Positions 1 through 8,669 of a stretch of 64,000 bases of DNA are shown piece after piece. The notes below the pieces were generated by a model. It was not told the DNA's origin and ran no database searches. It saw nothing but the letters and a program-made list of their open reading frames with translations. Made by a program: the position numbers and the translations under genes. The stretch is from an uncultured Alphaproteobacteria bacterium (lineage in GTDB: Bacteria; Pseudomonadota; Alphaproteobacteria; Rhizobiales; Afifellaceae): the NCBI GenBank assembly GCA_963712925.1, contig CAVQJW010000023.1:33546-97545 (forward strand), given 5' to 3'. Each line of letters opens with the position of its first letter. Positions within the stretch are counted from its first letter, which is position 1.

Positions 1-98
1 TCGACGAGCGCGCGCTCTCGCTGCCCGTCGCCTTCGATGCAGGACGAGCTCTCCGATCTTCGCCCCTATCATGAGCCCGCGCCATCGCGATCCGGCGG

Positions 99-635
99 GT
101 GCGCTGGAGCGCTGGGCGCGAAGTTTCTTGCGCGGACGGCGAACCGACGCCGACGCTTGAGCTTCTGACCGGCATGATCGACGGCATCCACCACGGGCTC
201 ACTTACGTGCGCCGCCACGAGAAGGGCATCCAGGCGCCGACGGAGACGCTGCGGCTCGGCTCCGGAACCTGCCGCGACTTCACCGAGCTGATGATCGAGG
301 CGCTGCGCGTGCTCGGGCTGCCGGCGCGCTTCGTCTCCGGCTATCTCTACGTTCCGGACCGCGACCGCGGCGAGGTGCATGGCGGCGGCTCGACGCATGC
401 CTGGGTCGAGGTCTATCTCCCCGGCGCCGGCTGGATCGACATCGACCCGACCAACGCCATCCTCGGCAATGACGGTCTGATCCGCGTCGCCGTCGCGCGC
501 GAGCCGAGCGAGGCGCTGCCGCTTTATGGCTCCTATGCGGGCTTTCCCTCCGACGATCTCGGCATGGAGGTGATGGTGAAGGTGACGCTTGAGGATTCCG
601 GCGCGGCGGAATTTTCCGAGGGACTTCGCGCGTAA
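99..635 (+). CDS. transglutaminase-like domain protein, C-terminal catalytic core (5' part off-window and apparently frame-disrupted)
   Basis: The ORF carries the Cys/His/Asp transglutaminase core (GSGTCRDFTELMIEAL..ARFVSGYLY; STHAWVEVYLPGAGWIDIDPTN). Protein-like upstream sequence lies in the other two + frames of nt 1-135. Confidence 0.7.
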   Translation: MRWSAGREVSCADGEPTPTLELLTGMIDGIHHGLTYVRRHEKGIQAPTETLRLGSGTCRDFTELMIEALRVLGLPARFVSGYLYVPDRDRGEVHGGGSTHAWVEVYLPGAGWIDIDPTNAILGNDGLIRVAVAREPSEALPLYGSYAGFPSDDLGMEVMVKVTLEDSGAAEFSEGLRA

Positions 636-643
636 GGAGAGCC

Positions 644-1453
644 ATGCAGATCCGCGCCGGTTACGACATCGAATATGACTGCCCGCAGCCGACGCCGATG
701 CTGCTCGTGCTCTCGATCCACCCCTCGCGCTTTCCCGATCTCTCCACGCCGCACCGCATCAAGTTCGAGCCGCACATCGCCTCGAGCAATTACGAGGACG
801 GGTTTGGAAACGTCTGCACACGCATCACCGCACCGGCGGGTCGCATCAGGATTTCCAGCGATTTTCAGATCGGCGACACCGGACTGCCCGATGTGATTGC
901 GCCCCGGGCAAAGCAGATACCGGTCGAGGACCTCCCCAAAGAGGTCATCGTCTTCCTGCTCGGCAGCCGCTACTGCGAGACCGACGCGCTCTCCGATATC
1001 GCCTGGTAGCTGTTCGAAAACACGCCGCCCGGCTGGCCGCGCGTGCAGGCGATCTGCGACTACGTCAACGACCGCATCACCTTCGACTACATGCAGGCCA
1101 ATCCGCAGCGCACCGCCTGGGGCGCGAACCACGAGCGGATCGGGGTCTGCCGCGACTACGCGCATCTCGCCGTCACGTTCTGCCGCTGCATGAACATCCC
1201 GGCGCGCTACTGTACCGGCTATCTCGGCGATATCGGTGTGCCCGTCGACCCGAACCCGATGGATTTCTCCGCCTGGTTCGAGGCCTATCTCGACGGCCGC
1301 TGGTACGCCTTCGACGCGCGCAACAACCGGCCGCGCATCGGACGCATCCTGATGGCGCGCGGGCGCGACGCGACCGACGTTGCGATCTCCACGAGCTTCG
1401 GCCCAACGACGCTCGCCGGCTTCAAGGTGTTCACCGACGAGGTGACCGGCTAG
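644..1453 (+). pseudogene. transglutaminase family protein interrupted by an in-frame TAG at 1007-1009
   Basis: ORFs 644-1009 and 1043-1453 are in the same frame. The N-terminal half is MQIRAGYDIEYDCPQPTPMLLVLSIHP. The core half has GVCRDYAHLAVTFCRCMNIPARYCTGYL and DFSAWFEAYLDGRWYAFD. Read-through gives ..SDIAW*LFENTPPGWPRVQAICDYV.. Confidence 0.75.
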
Positions 1454-1932
1454 TCGCCCGGCTCAATCGCAACGATCTCCGCCTCGCCGTCGCCGACCTT
1501 GACGACGTCGCCGACCTCCTTGCCGATCAGGGCCTTCGCGAGCGGCGCGACGTAGGAGAGCGTGCCGGCCGCCGGATCGGCCTCGTCCTCGCCGACGATG
1601 GCAAAAGTCTGCCGGCGCGCGGCCTTGGACTTTCCGCCTTCGCGCTCGATCGTCACGCGGCAGCCGAAGCGGACGATATCGAAGGAGGTCGGCGCGGGCT
1701 GCAGGTCGGCGCTTGTCCGCCGCTGCGACCAGTAGCGAAGCTCGCGCGAGGCGGTAGCGATCGCGCCGCGGTCCTCCGCAGCCTCCGCCTCGGCCAGCGC
1801 GCGCCGATACTTCTCGAACGCCGCCTCGATCTCCGCGAGGCCGCGCTTTGTGACGAAATTCGGATGCGGACTGACCGGCCGGTCGGGCAGCTCGTCGACC
1901 GCATCCATGTCCGTGACGAAGGCTCGGCTCAT
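1450..1932 (-). CDS. GreA/GreB-family transcription elongation factor-like protein (Rnk-like)
   Basis: The C-terminal domain motif is ..IVRFGCRVTIERE..FAIVGEDEADPAAGTLSYVAPLAKALIGKEVGDVVKV. I chose the ATG at 1932 (MSRAFVTD) inside ORF 1450-1983. Confidence 0.7.
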   Translation of the reverse strand: MSRAFVTDMDAVDELPDRPVSPHPNFVTKRGLAEIEAAFEKYRRALAEAEAAEDRGAIATASRELRYWSQRRTSADLQPAPTSFDIVRFGCRVTIEREGGKSKAARRQTFAIVGEDEADPAAGTLSYVAPLAKALIGKEVGDVVKVGDGEAEIVAIEPGD

Positions 1933-2015
1933 GCGCCGGAGCTTAGCGCGAAACGGCGGCGCCACCAACTCGCGCAGGCGCAAACGGCCGGCAACCGGCG
2001 CTCACGCCCGCGCAA

Positions 2016-2249
2016 TCATGCGACGTTCTGGCGAATGTCCCCAACCGCGTCGATCATGTCGTAGATGCGCTGCTTGGCGCGCGGGTCGCTGGAGCGGTCA
2101 TAGCTCTCAGCAAGCGGCGCCATGTCGAGCCACAGGCGCTCAAGCCGCTGGTAGGTACTCTTCAGCGCCGCGTCCTGCGTCCGCTCGGCACGCTTCGCAT
2201 AGTCCTCCGCGATTCTTCGGCAGCGCATGGCGTTCGGCATGGCGTTCAT
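2016..2249 (-). CDS. small hypothetical protein (77 aa)
   Basis: The protein-like part of the long ORF 2016-3095 starts at ATG 2249 (MNAMPNAMRCRRIAEDYAKRAERTQ..). No recognisable domain. Confidence 0.4.
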   Translation of the reverse strand: MNAMPNAMRCRRIAEDYAKRAERTQDAALKSTYQRLERLWLDMAPLAESYDRSSDPRAKQRIYDMIDAVGDIRQNVA

Positions 2250-2459
2250 GGGGAGCACTCCCAGGGCTCGGCGTCGCCCTGATCGCAGACAAGCAAAGGA
2301 TGGCGTCAAAACGACAACAGAGCCATGTCGGCGAGGTGAGAAGGTTGCGGCATGATTAGGGCGCGGTGAAAGAAGACCCGAAACTTCTCCTTTCAGGGAG
2401 CTTTCAAGGAGAAGGTGACCGCGGCCCCGAGCGCGGCTAAGCTGGTCCCGAGGCCATAG

Positions 2460-2876
2460 ATGCGCATTCTTTACGATCCCGCGATCCTGGTCGCGCGGCT
2501 GCTCCTCGCCTTCATCTTCGTCGTCGATGGCTGGCAGGCGCTCGCCCATTACGACGCGACCGCGCAATACATGCAGCAGAACGGCGTCTCCGGCCTGCTC
2601 CTGCCGCTCGTCATCCTGACCGAGCTTGGCGGCGGGCTGCTCGTCGCCTTCGGGCTTTTCGCGCGGATCGCCGCGTTCGCGCTCGCCGGCTTCTCGCTCC
2701 TCACCGCGCTCTTCTTCCACACGAATTTCGCCGATCTGAACCAGATGATCCATTTCATGAAGGACATGGCGATTGCCGGCGGCTTTCTGCTTCTGACCGC
2801 CAACGGGCCGGGCGCCTGGTCGCTCGACCGCTGGTGGACGGGTCGCGGGTCGGCGGGGGCGCGTCCTGGACCATGA
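2460..2876 (+). CDS. DoxX family membrane protein
   Basis: 138-aa ORF with 4 hydrophobic helices and DoxX-like motifs (LLLAFIFVVDGWQAL, ILTELGGGLLVAFGLFARIAA, MAIAGGFLLL). Confidence 0.8.
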   Translation: MRILYDPAILVARLLLAFIFVVDGWQALAHYDATAQYMQQNGVSGLLLPLVILTELGGGLLVAFGLFARIAAFALAGFSLLTALFFHTNFADLNQMIHFMKDMAIAGGFLLLTANGPGAWSLDRWWTGRGSAGARPGP

Positions 2877-2988
2877 TGGGCGCCAGCCGATATCATCCGG
2901 GGATTCCGAAGGAGCATTCATAATTCGCGGCCCGATCACCGCGGCGCTGGCGCTGACAGCGCTTCTTGCCGCCTGCCAGAGCACCGAC

Positions 2989-3267
2989 ATGGCCGCACAG
3001 CCGACCGCGATGGACGGCATCTGGGCCTCCACCGACGGCGTCTTCATCGCGACATTCGAGCACGGCTCGTTCACCTCGCGCTTCGTCAAGACCAACGAGA
3101 TCCTGGCGAAGGGGAGCTATTCCGTCAGCGGAGCGAACGTGACGCTTGCGTGGATATCGGCGCAGGCGCAGGCGCAGCGCTCCGCCTCCTGCACCTTCAC
3201 GGCGGCCGACGCCGTCACCTGCAACCAGGCAGGCGGCGGCAGCTTCGACATGAAGCGCACGGCCTGA
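2989..3267 (+). CDS. small exported protein or lipoprotein
   Basis: 92-aa ORF. In frame upstream (from about 2923, no canonical start, GGAG at 2911-2914) lies a lipobox-like signal ..ITAALALTALLAAC/QST. The true start is therefore probably upstream of 2989. Confidence 0.45.
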   Translation: MAAQPTAMDGIWASTDGVFIATFEHGSFTSRFVKTNEILAKGSYSVSGANVTLAWISAQAQAQRSASCTFTAADAVTCNQAGGGSFDMKRTA

Positions 3268-3355
3268 CGCCGGGCCAAAGGGCTGCTAAGCCCTGACCCT
3301 CCGGCGCCGTTCCGCGCCGGGGAAAGATCAAGCATTTGACCGGAAAGGACGCGCC

Positions 3356-4258
3356 ATGGCGAAGAAAGTGGTGGGATTCATCGGCCTCGGCCTGATGGGC
3401 AGCGGCATGGCCAAAAACATCCTGAGGAAGGGCAACGACCTCCTGGTCATGGCGCACCGGAACCGCGCGCCGATCGAGGCGCTCGTCAAGGAGGGCGCGC
3501 GCGAGGTGAAGTCGGCGGCCGAGATGGCCGCCGCCGCCGACGTGATCGTGCTCTGCGTCACCGGCAGCCCCGAGGTCGAGGCGATCGTGCGCGGCAAGGG
3601 CGGGATATTGGAGGGGGCGAAGGCGGGCCTGATCGTGATCGACTCTTCCACCGCCGATCCGGTGTCGACGGCGGCGCTCTCGGCGGAGCTCGAGGCGGCC
3701 GGCGCCTTCCTTGTCGACGCGCCGCTGTCGCGCACGCCGAAGGAGGCGGAGGCCGGAACGCTCGACTGCTTCGTCGGAGCCAGCGACGAGCTCTTCGCGA
3801 AGGCCAAGCCGGTGATCGAGTGCTTCGCCGCCAAGATCGTGCATGTCGGGCCGGTCGGCGCCGGCCACACGATGAAGCTTCTCAACAATTTCGTCTCGAT
3901 CAGCTACGCCGCGATCTATTCGGAAGCGCTGGCGCTCGGCGCGCTGAACGGCATCACGCCTGCCGTCTTCGACGCCGTGATCGGCGGCGGGCGCATGAGC
4001 TGCGGCTTCTATGAGACCTTCATGAAGTACGTCGTGGGACGCGACCGCGACGCGCACAAGTTCACCATCCAGAACGCCCACAAGGATCTCGGCTACCTGA
4101 TGAGCCTGGTGAACGCCTCGAAGGGCGCCAATGTCCTCGCGCCGGTCGTGAAATTCTATCTCGCGAGCGCCGAGGCGATGGGCAAGGGCGGCGACTATCT
4201 GCCGATGCTCTCCGACCACGTGGCGAGCCTGAACGGCGTCAGCCTGAGCGAGGGCTGA
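3356..4258 (+). CDS. NAD(P)-dependent oxidoreductase, 3-hydroxyisobutyrate / tartronate-semialdehyde reductase family
   Basis: N-terminal Rossmann motif VGFIGLGLMGSGMAKN, mid-region GAGHTMKLLNNF, 300 aa. Confidence 0.85.
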   Translation: MAKKVVGFIGLGLMGSGMAKNILRKGNDLLVMAHRNRAPIEALVKEGAREVKSAAEMAAAADVIVLCVTGSPEVEAIVRGKGGILEGAKAGLIVIDSSTADPVSTAALSAELEAAGAFLVDAPLSRTPKEAEAGTLDCFVGASDELFAKAKPVIECFAAKIVHVGPVGAGHTMKLLNNFVSISYAAIYSEALALGALNGITPAVFDAVIGGGRMSCGFYETFMKYVVGRDRDAHKFTIQNAHKDLGYLMSLVNASKGANVLAPVVKFYLASAEAMGKGGDYLPMLSDHVASLNGVSLSEG

Positions 4259-4708
4259 TCAGCGCTCCGCCGTGAATGCCGCGAGCGTCACGCTCACGAA
4301 GCCGGCGAACATGACCACGGCATTGACGGCGTGCGAATATTCCCACTGCCGCCGGAGGGCTTCCCAGTTTTCGGGGATCACGGTCCAGTTCTTGGTCGCC
4401 ACGTTCTCCGGGAACGTGAAGGCGAAGAAGATCGCGAGGTTTGCGACGATCGCGGCAAGTCCCATCGCGGCGAAGATGAAAGCGGGCCGTTCGCCTCGCA
4501 GCAGGACGGCAAGGATCAGGTTCACCACCACGGCCGCGATCAGCACTATGCCGAAATAGGCCCAGCCCGCGTAGATCTGCTGCACGGTGAAGTAGGCGTC
4601 GCGGTCAAGTCCGATCTTTCCGAATAGCTCGAAGACGTGAGCGCCGGCCGGGATCAGGCCGATCGCCATCAGAAGGATGGCGAGGAATTCGACGACACGG
4701 GTGGGCAT
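4259..4708 (-). CDS. integral membrane protein (DUF1772-like, 4 TM)
   Basis: The coding-looking part of ORF 4259-5308 begins at ATG 4708 (MPTRVVEFLAILLMAIGLIPAGAHVFE..). It has four hydrophobic helices. Confidence 0.55.
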   Translation of the reverse strand: MPTRVVEFLAILLMAIGLIPAGAHVFELFGKIGLDRDAYFTVQQIYAGWAYFGIVLIAAVVVNLILAVLLRGERPAFIFAAMGLAAIVANLAIFFAFTFPENVATKNWTVIPENWEALRRQWEYSHAVNAVVMFAGFVSVTLAAFTAER

Positions 4709-5089
4709 TGCGCGCCTCCGGCTAGAGGCCCCTTCCCTGATCCTCGCGCATGTCAGAGATAGGTGGGAAGCGCTCCCCGGCAAGACTCTGTGCCGCAGTG
4801 GCACGGCGAAGTTAAGGACGGGCCAGGCGGAAGCGGCACTCCCGCGCCAAGACGGCTGGCGCCTTGTGGCGCACGAGCCCGTCGCTACAACATGATGTGA
4901 GAACAAGCCCAGAATATCCGCGCGCTCGCTGATTCGTCGACCCTTCGTTCTCCGCTTGGCCAGTTCGTGAACGGTCGTCCCTTGGAAAAGTCCTGTCGCG
5001 TTTAGGGACCGGAAAGTGGCTCTCCTGTCACCGCACTGTTGTAATGCGGACACACGTTCCAAAAATGCTTCCGAAACAGCGGGATGAAC

Positions 5090-5228
5090 AGGACTCCGCG
5101 TCCAAGCTGCGATAGAAAACCTGCAACGCGCGGCCCCAAGGGCGCGCGGGATTGGACCAGAATCTGACTTTATTCCGATCGGGGGGCGATCGGAGGGGGC
5201 GGCCCGGGCCGCCCCTTCTTTTTTTCTC
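5090..5228 (+). ncRNA. candidate small RNA (orphan transcript end in a gene-free 560-nt region)
   Basis: Three consecutive hairpins: gcgcg(g)ccc/gggcgcgc near 5127-5150; ccgatcg-ggggg-cgatcgg at 5175-5193; and ggggcggccc/gggccgcccc at 5196-5215. A ttctttttttctc tract follows. No plausible ORF. The 5' end is a guess. Confidence 0.3.
5196..5228 (+). terminator. rho-independent terminator
   Basis: A perfect 10+10 nt GC palindrome ggggcggccc|gggccgcccc is followed by ttctttttttctc. The T tract is present only on the + strand. Confidence 0.7.
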
Positions 5229-5271
5229 GCTGTCCTTCTTTTGCATGTGCGAGAAAATCGCCGGGCACCGA

Positions 5272-5760
5272 TCAATCGACGAGACAAGCGGGATCGCGCC
5301 AGCGCCACGGTTCTGTCGTCTGGTGGAGCGCGCGGTAGCGGATCAGGTTTGCCCGCGAGGCGACCGGAAGGGGTCGCGCTGCCGTCGGCACGGACTCGCC
5401 GAGCGGCGACTGCCAGCGGAAGAGGACATCGCCCCAGAAGCGGGTGAGGGGCCCCTTCCCGTCGCTTTCGACGAGCGTGACCTCCACGGCCACGTCATTG
5501 ATCTTGAAGGCACGCTTGTGGGCGAAGCGCTTGCCCCGAATCTCGTGCCCGTTGCCTTCCACCCTGACGAACCGGTCGACCGCAGCGAGGGAAGGCGCGG
5601 GAAAGAGGAGATCGACATCACCATGCGGGCGCGGCGCGGCGAGCCCCGTCAGCTCCTCCGCCCAGCCGCCGAAGACGAGCGCCCGGACATCCGCCGCAGC
5701 CAGCAGGTCGAGGACAGCCGCCAGAAAATCGAGGGTGTTGCGGGAGGTGGGTTCGGGCAT
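5272..5760 (-). CDS. nucleotidyltransferase-fold protein (aminoglycoside/lincosamide nucleotidyltransferase-like)
   Basis: 162 aa with a pol-beta NTase signature: VFGGWAEELTG...HGDVDLLFPAP. Confidence 0.6.
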   Translation of the reverse strand: MPEPTSRNTLDFLAAVLDLLAAADVRALVFGGWAEELTGLAAPRPHGDVDLLFPAPSLAAVDRFVRVEGNGHEIRGKRFAHKRAFKINDVAVEVTLVESDGKGPLTRFWGDVLFRWQSPLGESVPTAARPLPVASRANLIRYRALHQTTEPWRWRDPACLVD

Positions 5761-6192
5761 CGCGGCGCGACTAGAGAAAATCGACGCTCAAGCTTACATG
5801 CGCCGCGTTTTTCGCTTGCGCTTTCAATGCGAAGCGCATATCTGCGCGCTTGCCCAAATTCGCACGTGCCTGTGGTCGCTCAAGGGTTTGGACGAGCGGC
5901 TTAAAGCAACGACGGTGGCGGGCTTTTTTGGTCTCTGCCGGCCCTCCAAAGGCCGGCGACACTGAAGAGGCACACACTCTCATTGCCGGACGTGCGGATC
6001 GGGATCTTCCCGTTCCAAGCGAAAAGCTCACAGGTGCGGACCTCGTCCGTATCCAGAGAGCTGTTCGGCGCGAACCACCCGGCCTCTTGCCGGTTGGGGG
6101 ATCCAGGGGCTTTCGACCCGTTTCCATCCCGGGGTCGACGGCCGGCGCAGGACTCCCGGGCCTAGAAACGCTTGGAAACGGGGTGCCACCCG
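5761..6192 (+). promoter_or_regulatory. long structured 5' leader of the ornithine decarboxylase gene (candidate speF-type RNA motif)
   Basis: About 430 nt without a credible ORF directly upstream of an ODC gene. It has several GC hairpins, e.g. gccggcc-ctccaaa-ggccggc near 5938-5958 and cccggg..cccggg near 6128-6160. The call is by position and structure only. Confidence 0.3.
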
Positions 6193-7327
6193 ATGATGAC
6201 CGACCGCATCCGCTCGTTCCTGAACGAGCGACGACCCGAGGGTCCCTGCCTCGTGGTCGACCTCGACGTCGTCCGCAAGAACTACGAAGCCTTCGCCCGC
6301 GTCATGCCGGACAGCCGCATCTTCTATGCGGTGAAGGCCAATCCGGCGCCTGAAGTCCTCTCCCTCCTCGCCTCCCTCGGCTCCTCATTCGACGCCGCCT
6401 CGGTTCCCGAGATCGAGATGGTGCTTGCGACCGGCGCCGCCCCCTCCCGCATCTCCTTCGGCAACACCATCAAGAAAGAGCGCGACATCGCCCGTGCGTT
6501 TCAGCTCGGCGTGACGCTCTTCGCTGTCGACTGCGTGGAAGAGGTGGAGAAGATTTCCCGCGCCGCACCCGGCGCGCGCGTCTTCTGCCGCATCCTGACC
6601 GACGGCATCGGCGCCGAATGGCCGCTGTCGCGGAAATTCGGCTGCGTGGCCGGCGAGGCGGTCGACGTGCTCTTCCGCGCCGCCGAGCTCGGGCTTCAGC
6701 CGCACGGCGTCTCCTTCCATGTCGGCTCGCAGCAGACCGACCTTCGCGCCTGGAACCGCGCGCTGCGCGATGCGGCGGGCGTGTTCCGCGCCGCATCGGA
6801 GCGCGGCATGCAGCTGCAGATGCTGAACCTCGGCGGCGGCTTCCCCACCCGCTATCTGAAGGACGTGCCGGAGGCTGAGGACTATGGCCGCGCGATCTTC
6901 CGCGGGCTGCGCCGGCATTTCGGCAACCGCATCCCGGAGACGATCATCGAGCCCGGCCGCGGCATGGTCGGCGACGCCGGCGTGTTAAAGGCCGAGGTGG
7001 TGCTGATCTCCCGGAAGTCGCGTGAGGACCGGATCCGCTGGGTCTATCTCGACGTCGGGAAAATTCGGCGGGCTCGCCGAGACCATGGACGAGGCGATCC
7101 GCTATCCGATCAAGACGCGGCGCGATCGCGATCAGGCAGGCCCTTGCGTGGTCGCAGGCCCGACCTGCAATTCCATGGACGTGCTCTATGAGAAGGCGCC
7201 CTACGATCTGCCCTTGTCGCTGACAATCGGCGACGAGGTGCTGATCGAAGGGACCGGCGCCTATACGACGACCTATTCGGCGGTGGCGTTCAACGGTTTC
7301 GCGCCGCTCCAGTCCTTTGTGATCTGA
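6193..7327 (+). pseudogene. ornithine/lysine decarboxylase (fold-type III PLP enzyme) with a +1 frameshift at the A4 run 7060-7063
   Basis: Motifs FYAVKANPAPEVL (PLP Lys), NLGGGFP and IIEPGRGMV lie in ORF 6172-7191. The C-terminus GKFGGLAETMDEAIRYPI..GPTCNSMDVLYE..GAYTTTYS lies in ORF 7022-7327, one frame over. The junction is gtcgggaaaattcggc. Confidence 0.85.
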
Positions 7328-7369
7328 GTCCGGGCGCGGCGAGGAGAGTCCGCCGGACGCGGGAAGTGC

Positions 7370-7921
7370 CTATCCGCCAAGATGCTTCATGCGGATGGTC
7401 ACCGCATTGTCGCCGGCATTCATCTGAAGCGCCGCGTCGTTGAAGCGCGGAACCAGCTCGCTCGCCGCGGCGCCGCTCAGCGCATAGGGCTCGCGCGGCA
7501 CGCCGAGGAACTTGTCGAAGACGCCGTTGTCGTTCAGGTCCTGATAGCCGGCGACCGCGTAGGTGCCAGGCGCGATCCCGCCGAAAGTCAGCGTGACGGA
7601 ATCCGCCGTGGCGGGCGTGTGCATCTGATAGGGGCAACCGCCCACCGACAGGCCGTTGTCGCAAAGCGCCACCCAGACCGTTCCCCGGCCGGCCGCGACA
7701 TTTTCGACGGTGACCTGGATGGTCGCGGTCGTCGGACTCGCGGGCGGGGGCGGCTGATCCCCTTGGGACGCGCCCTCCGCTTGAGAATTGTCGGTCGCCG
7801 TCCCGGCCGATTGGCCGGAATCGGTTTGCGCGAGGCGCTCCAGGCCCCAGGCGTTGGCGACGGGCGCTGCCGGAGCGCCGATCATTCCGCCTGCCATCAC
7901 GAGAATTACGCCGAGCTTCAT
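7370..7921 (-). CDS. DUF2141 domain-containing secreted protein
   Basis: Signal peptide, then ..GTVWVALCDN..GIAPGTYAVAGYQDLNDNGVFDKFLGVPREPYALS, as is typical of DUF2141. Confidence 0.75.
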   Translation of the reverse strand: MKLGVILVMAGGMIGAPAAPVANAWGLERLAQTDSGQSAGTATDNSQAEGASQGDQPPPPASPTTATIQVTVENVAAGRGTVWVALCDNGLSVGGCPYQMHTPATADSVTLTFGGIAPGTYAVAGYQDLNDNGVFDKFLGVPREPYALSGAAASELVPRFNDAALQMNAGDNAVTIRMKHLGG

Positions 7922-8074
7922 GACAAATGGTCCAGACGCCTCGCTCTTGAGGCGCGGCGCCTATATCACGCCGTGCGGCCATAATAAGGAGCAAGAGGCA
8001 ACCTGCGCCCGCACTTGATCGCGCCCGGCGAGCAATCTAAAGGTCAGTATTGCTGACCCTTAGCTGGCAAGGCA

Positions 8075-8665
8075 ATGCAGCTTGAGCCGATCATCGCCTT
8101 CACCGTCTTCGCCATCGTGACCACCGTCACGCCGGGGCCGAACAATGTCATGCTGACGGCGACGGGCGCCAACGTCGGCGTCCGCCGCGGCATGCCGCAC
8201 CTTCTCGGCGTTGCCTTCGGTTTCGCCTTCATGCTCGCTCTCCTGACGGTCACCATCGGGACGGTGCTGAACGACAGCCCGCGCGCGCTCTTTGCACTCC
8301 GCATCGCCGGCGTCGCGGTTCTGTTGTGGCTCGCATGGAAGATCGCGACGGCAAGCCGTAGCAAGGCTGCGGCGCGCGAGCGGCCGATCGGCTTCTTCGA
8401 CGCCGTGCTCTTCCAGTGGGTCAACCCGAAAGCCTGGCTGATCTGTGCCGGCACGGTCAGCTTCATCCAGGCGGATGGGCCGCCGGCCTATGTGCAGGCG
8501 GTGCTTTTTGGCGCGATCGAGGTCATCTTCGGCACGCCCTGCATGCTTCTATGGCTCGGCTTCGGCGCGGCGATGCAGCGCTTCCTCCGCTCCGACCGGG
8601 CGCTGCGCACCTTCAATATCGCGATGGGATTGCTTCTCGCGGCGACGGTGCCGCTGCTGTTCTAA
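8075..8665 (+). CDS. LysE/RhtB family amino-acid exporter
   Basis: 196 aa with an N-terminal TPGPNNVMLTATGANVG motif and 6 TM segments. Confidence 0.85.
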   Translation: MQLEPIIAFTVFAIVTTVTPGPNNVMLTATGANVGVRRGMPHLLGVAFGFAFMLALLTVTIGTVLNDSPRALFALRIAGVAVLLWLAWKIATASRSKAAARERPIGFFDAVLFQWVNPKAWLICAGTVSFIQADGPPAYVQAVLFGAIEVIFGTPCMLLWLGFGAAMQRFLRSDRALRTFNIAMGLLLAATVPLLF

Positions 8666-8669
8666 CCGC

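Noticed and set aside
4880-5230. RNase P RNA, tmRNA or 6S RNA in the gene-free gap
   Set aside because: I could not find the conserved RNase P P4 sequences (GAGGAAAGUCC / ACAGAA...), a tmRNA tag-peptide reading frame (..ANDN..AA stop), or the 6S-type long imperfect duplex.
7057-7066. Programmed +1 ribosomal frameshift in the ODC gene (by analogy with polyamine-sensing frameshifts)
   Set aside because: A slip of tRNA-Lys on A-AAA would indeed restore the frame. However, there is no stimulatory in-frame stop or rare codon: the zero frame stays open for about 40 more codons. There is also no upstream SD-like stimulator, and four As are too few for transcriptional slippage. A mutation or base-call error is the simpler explanation.
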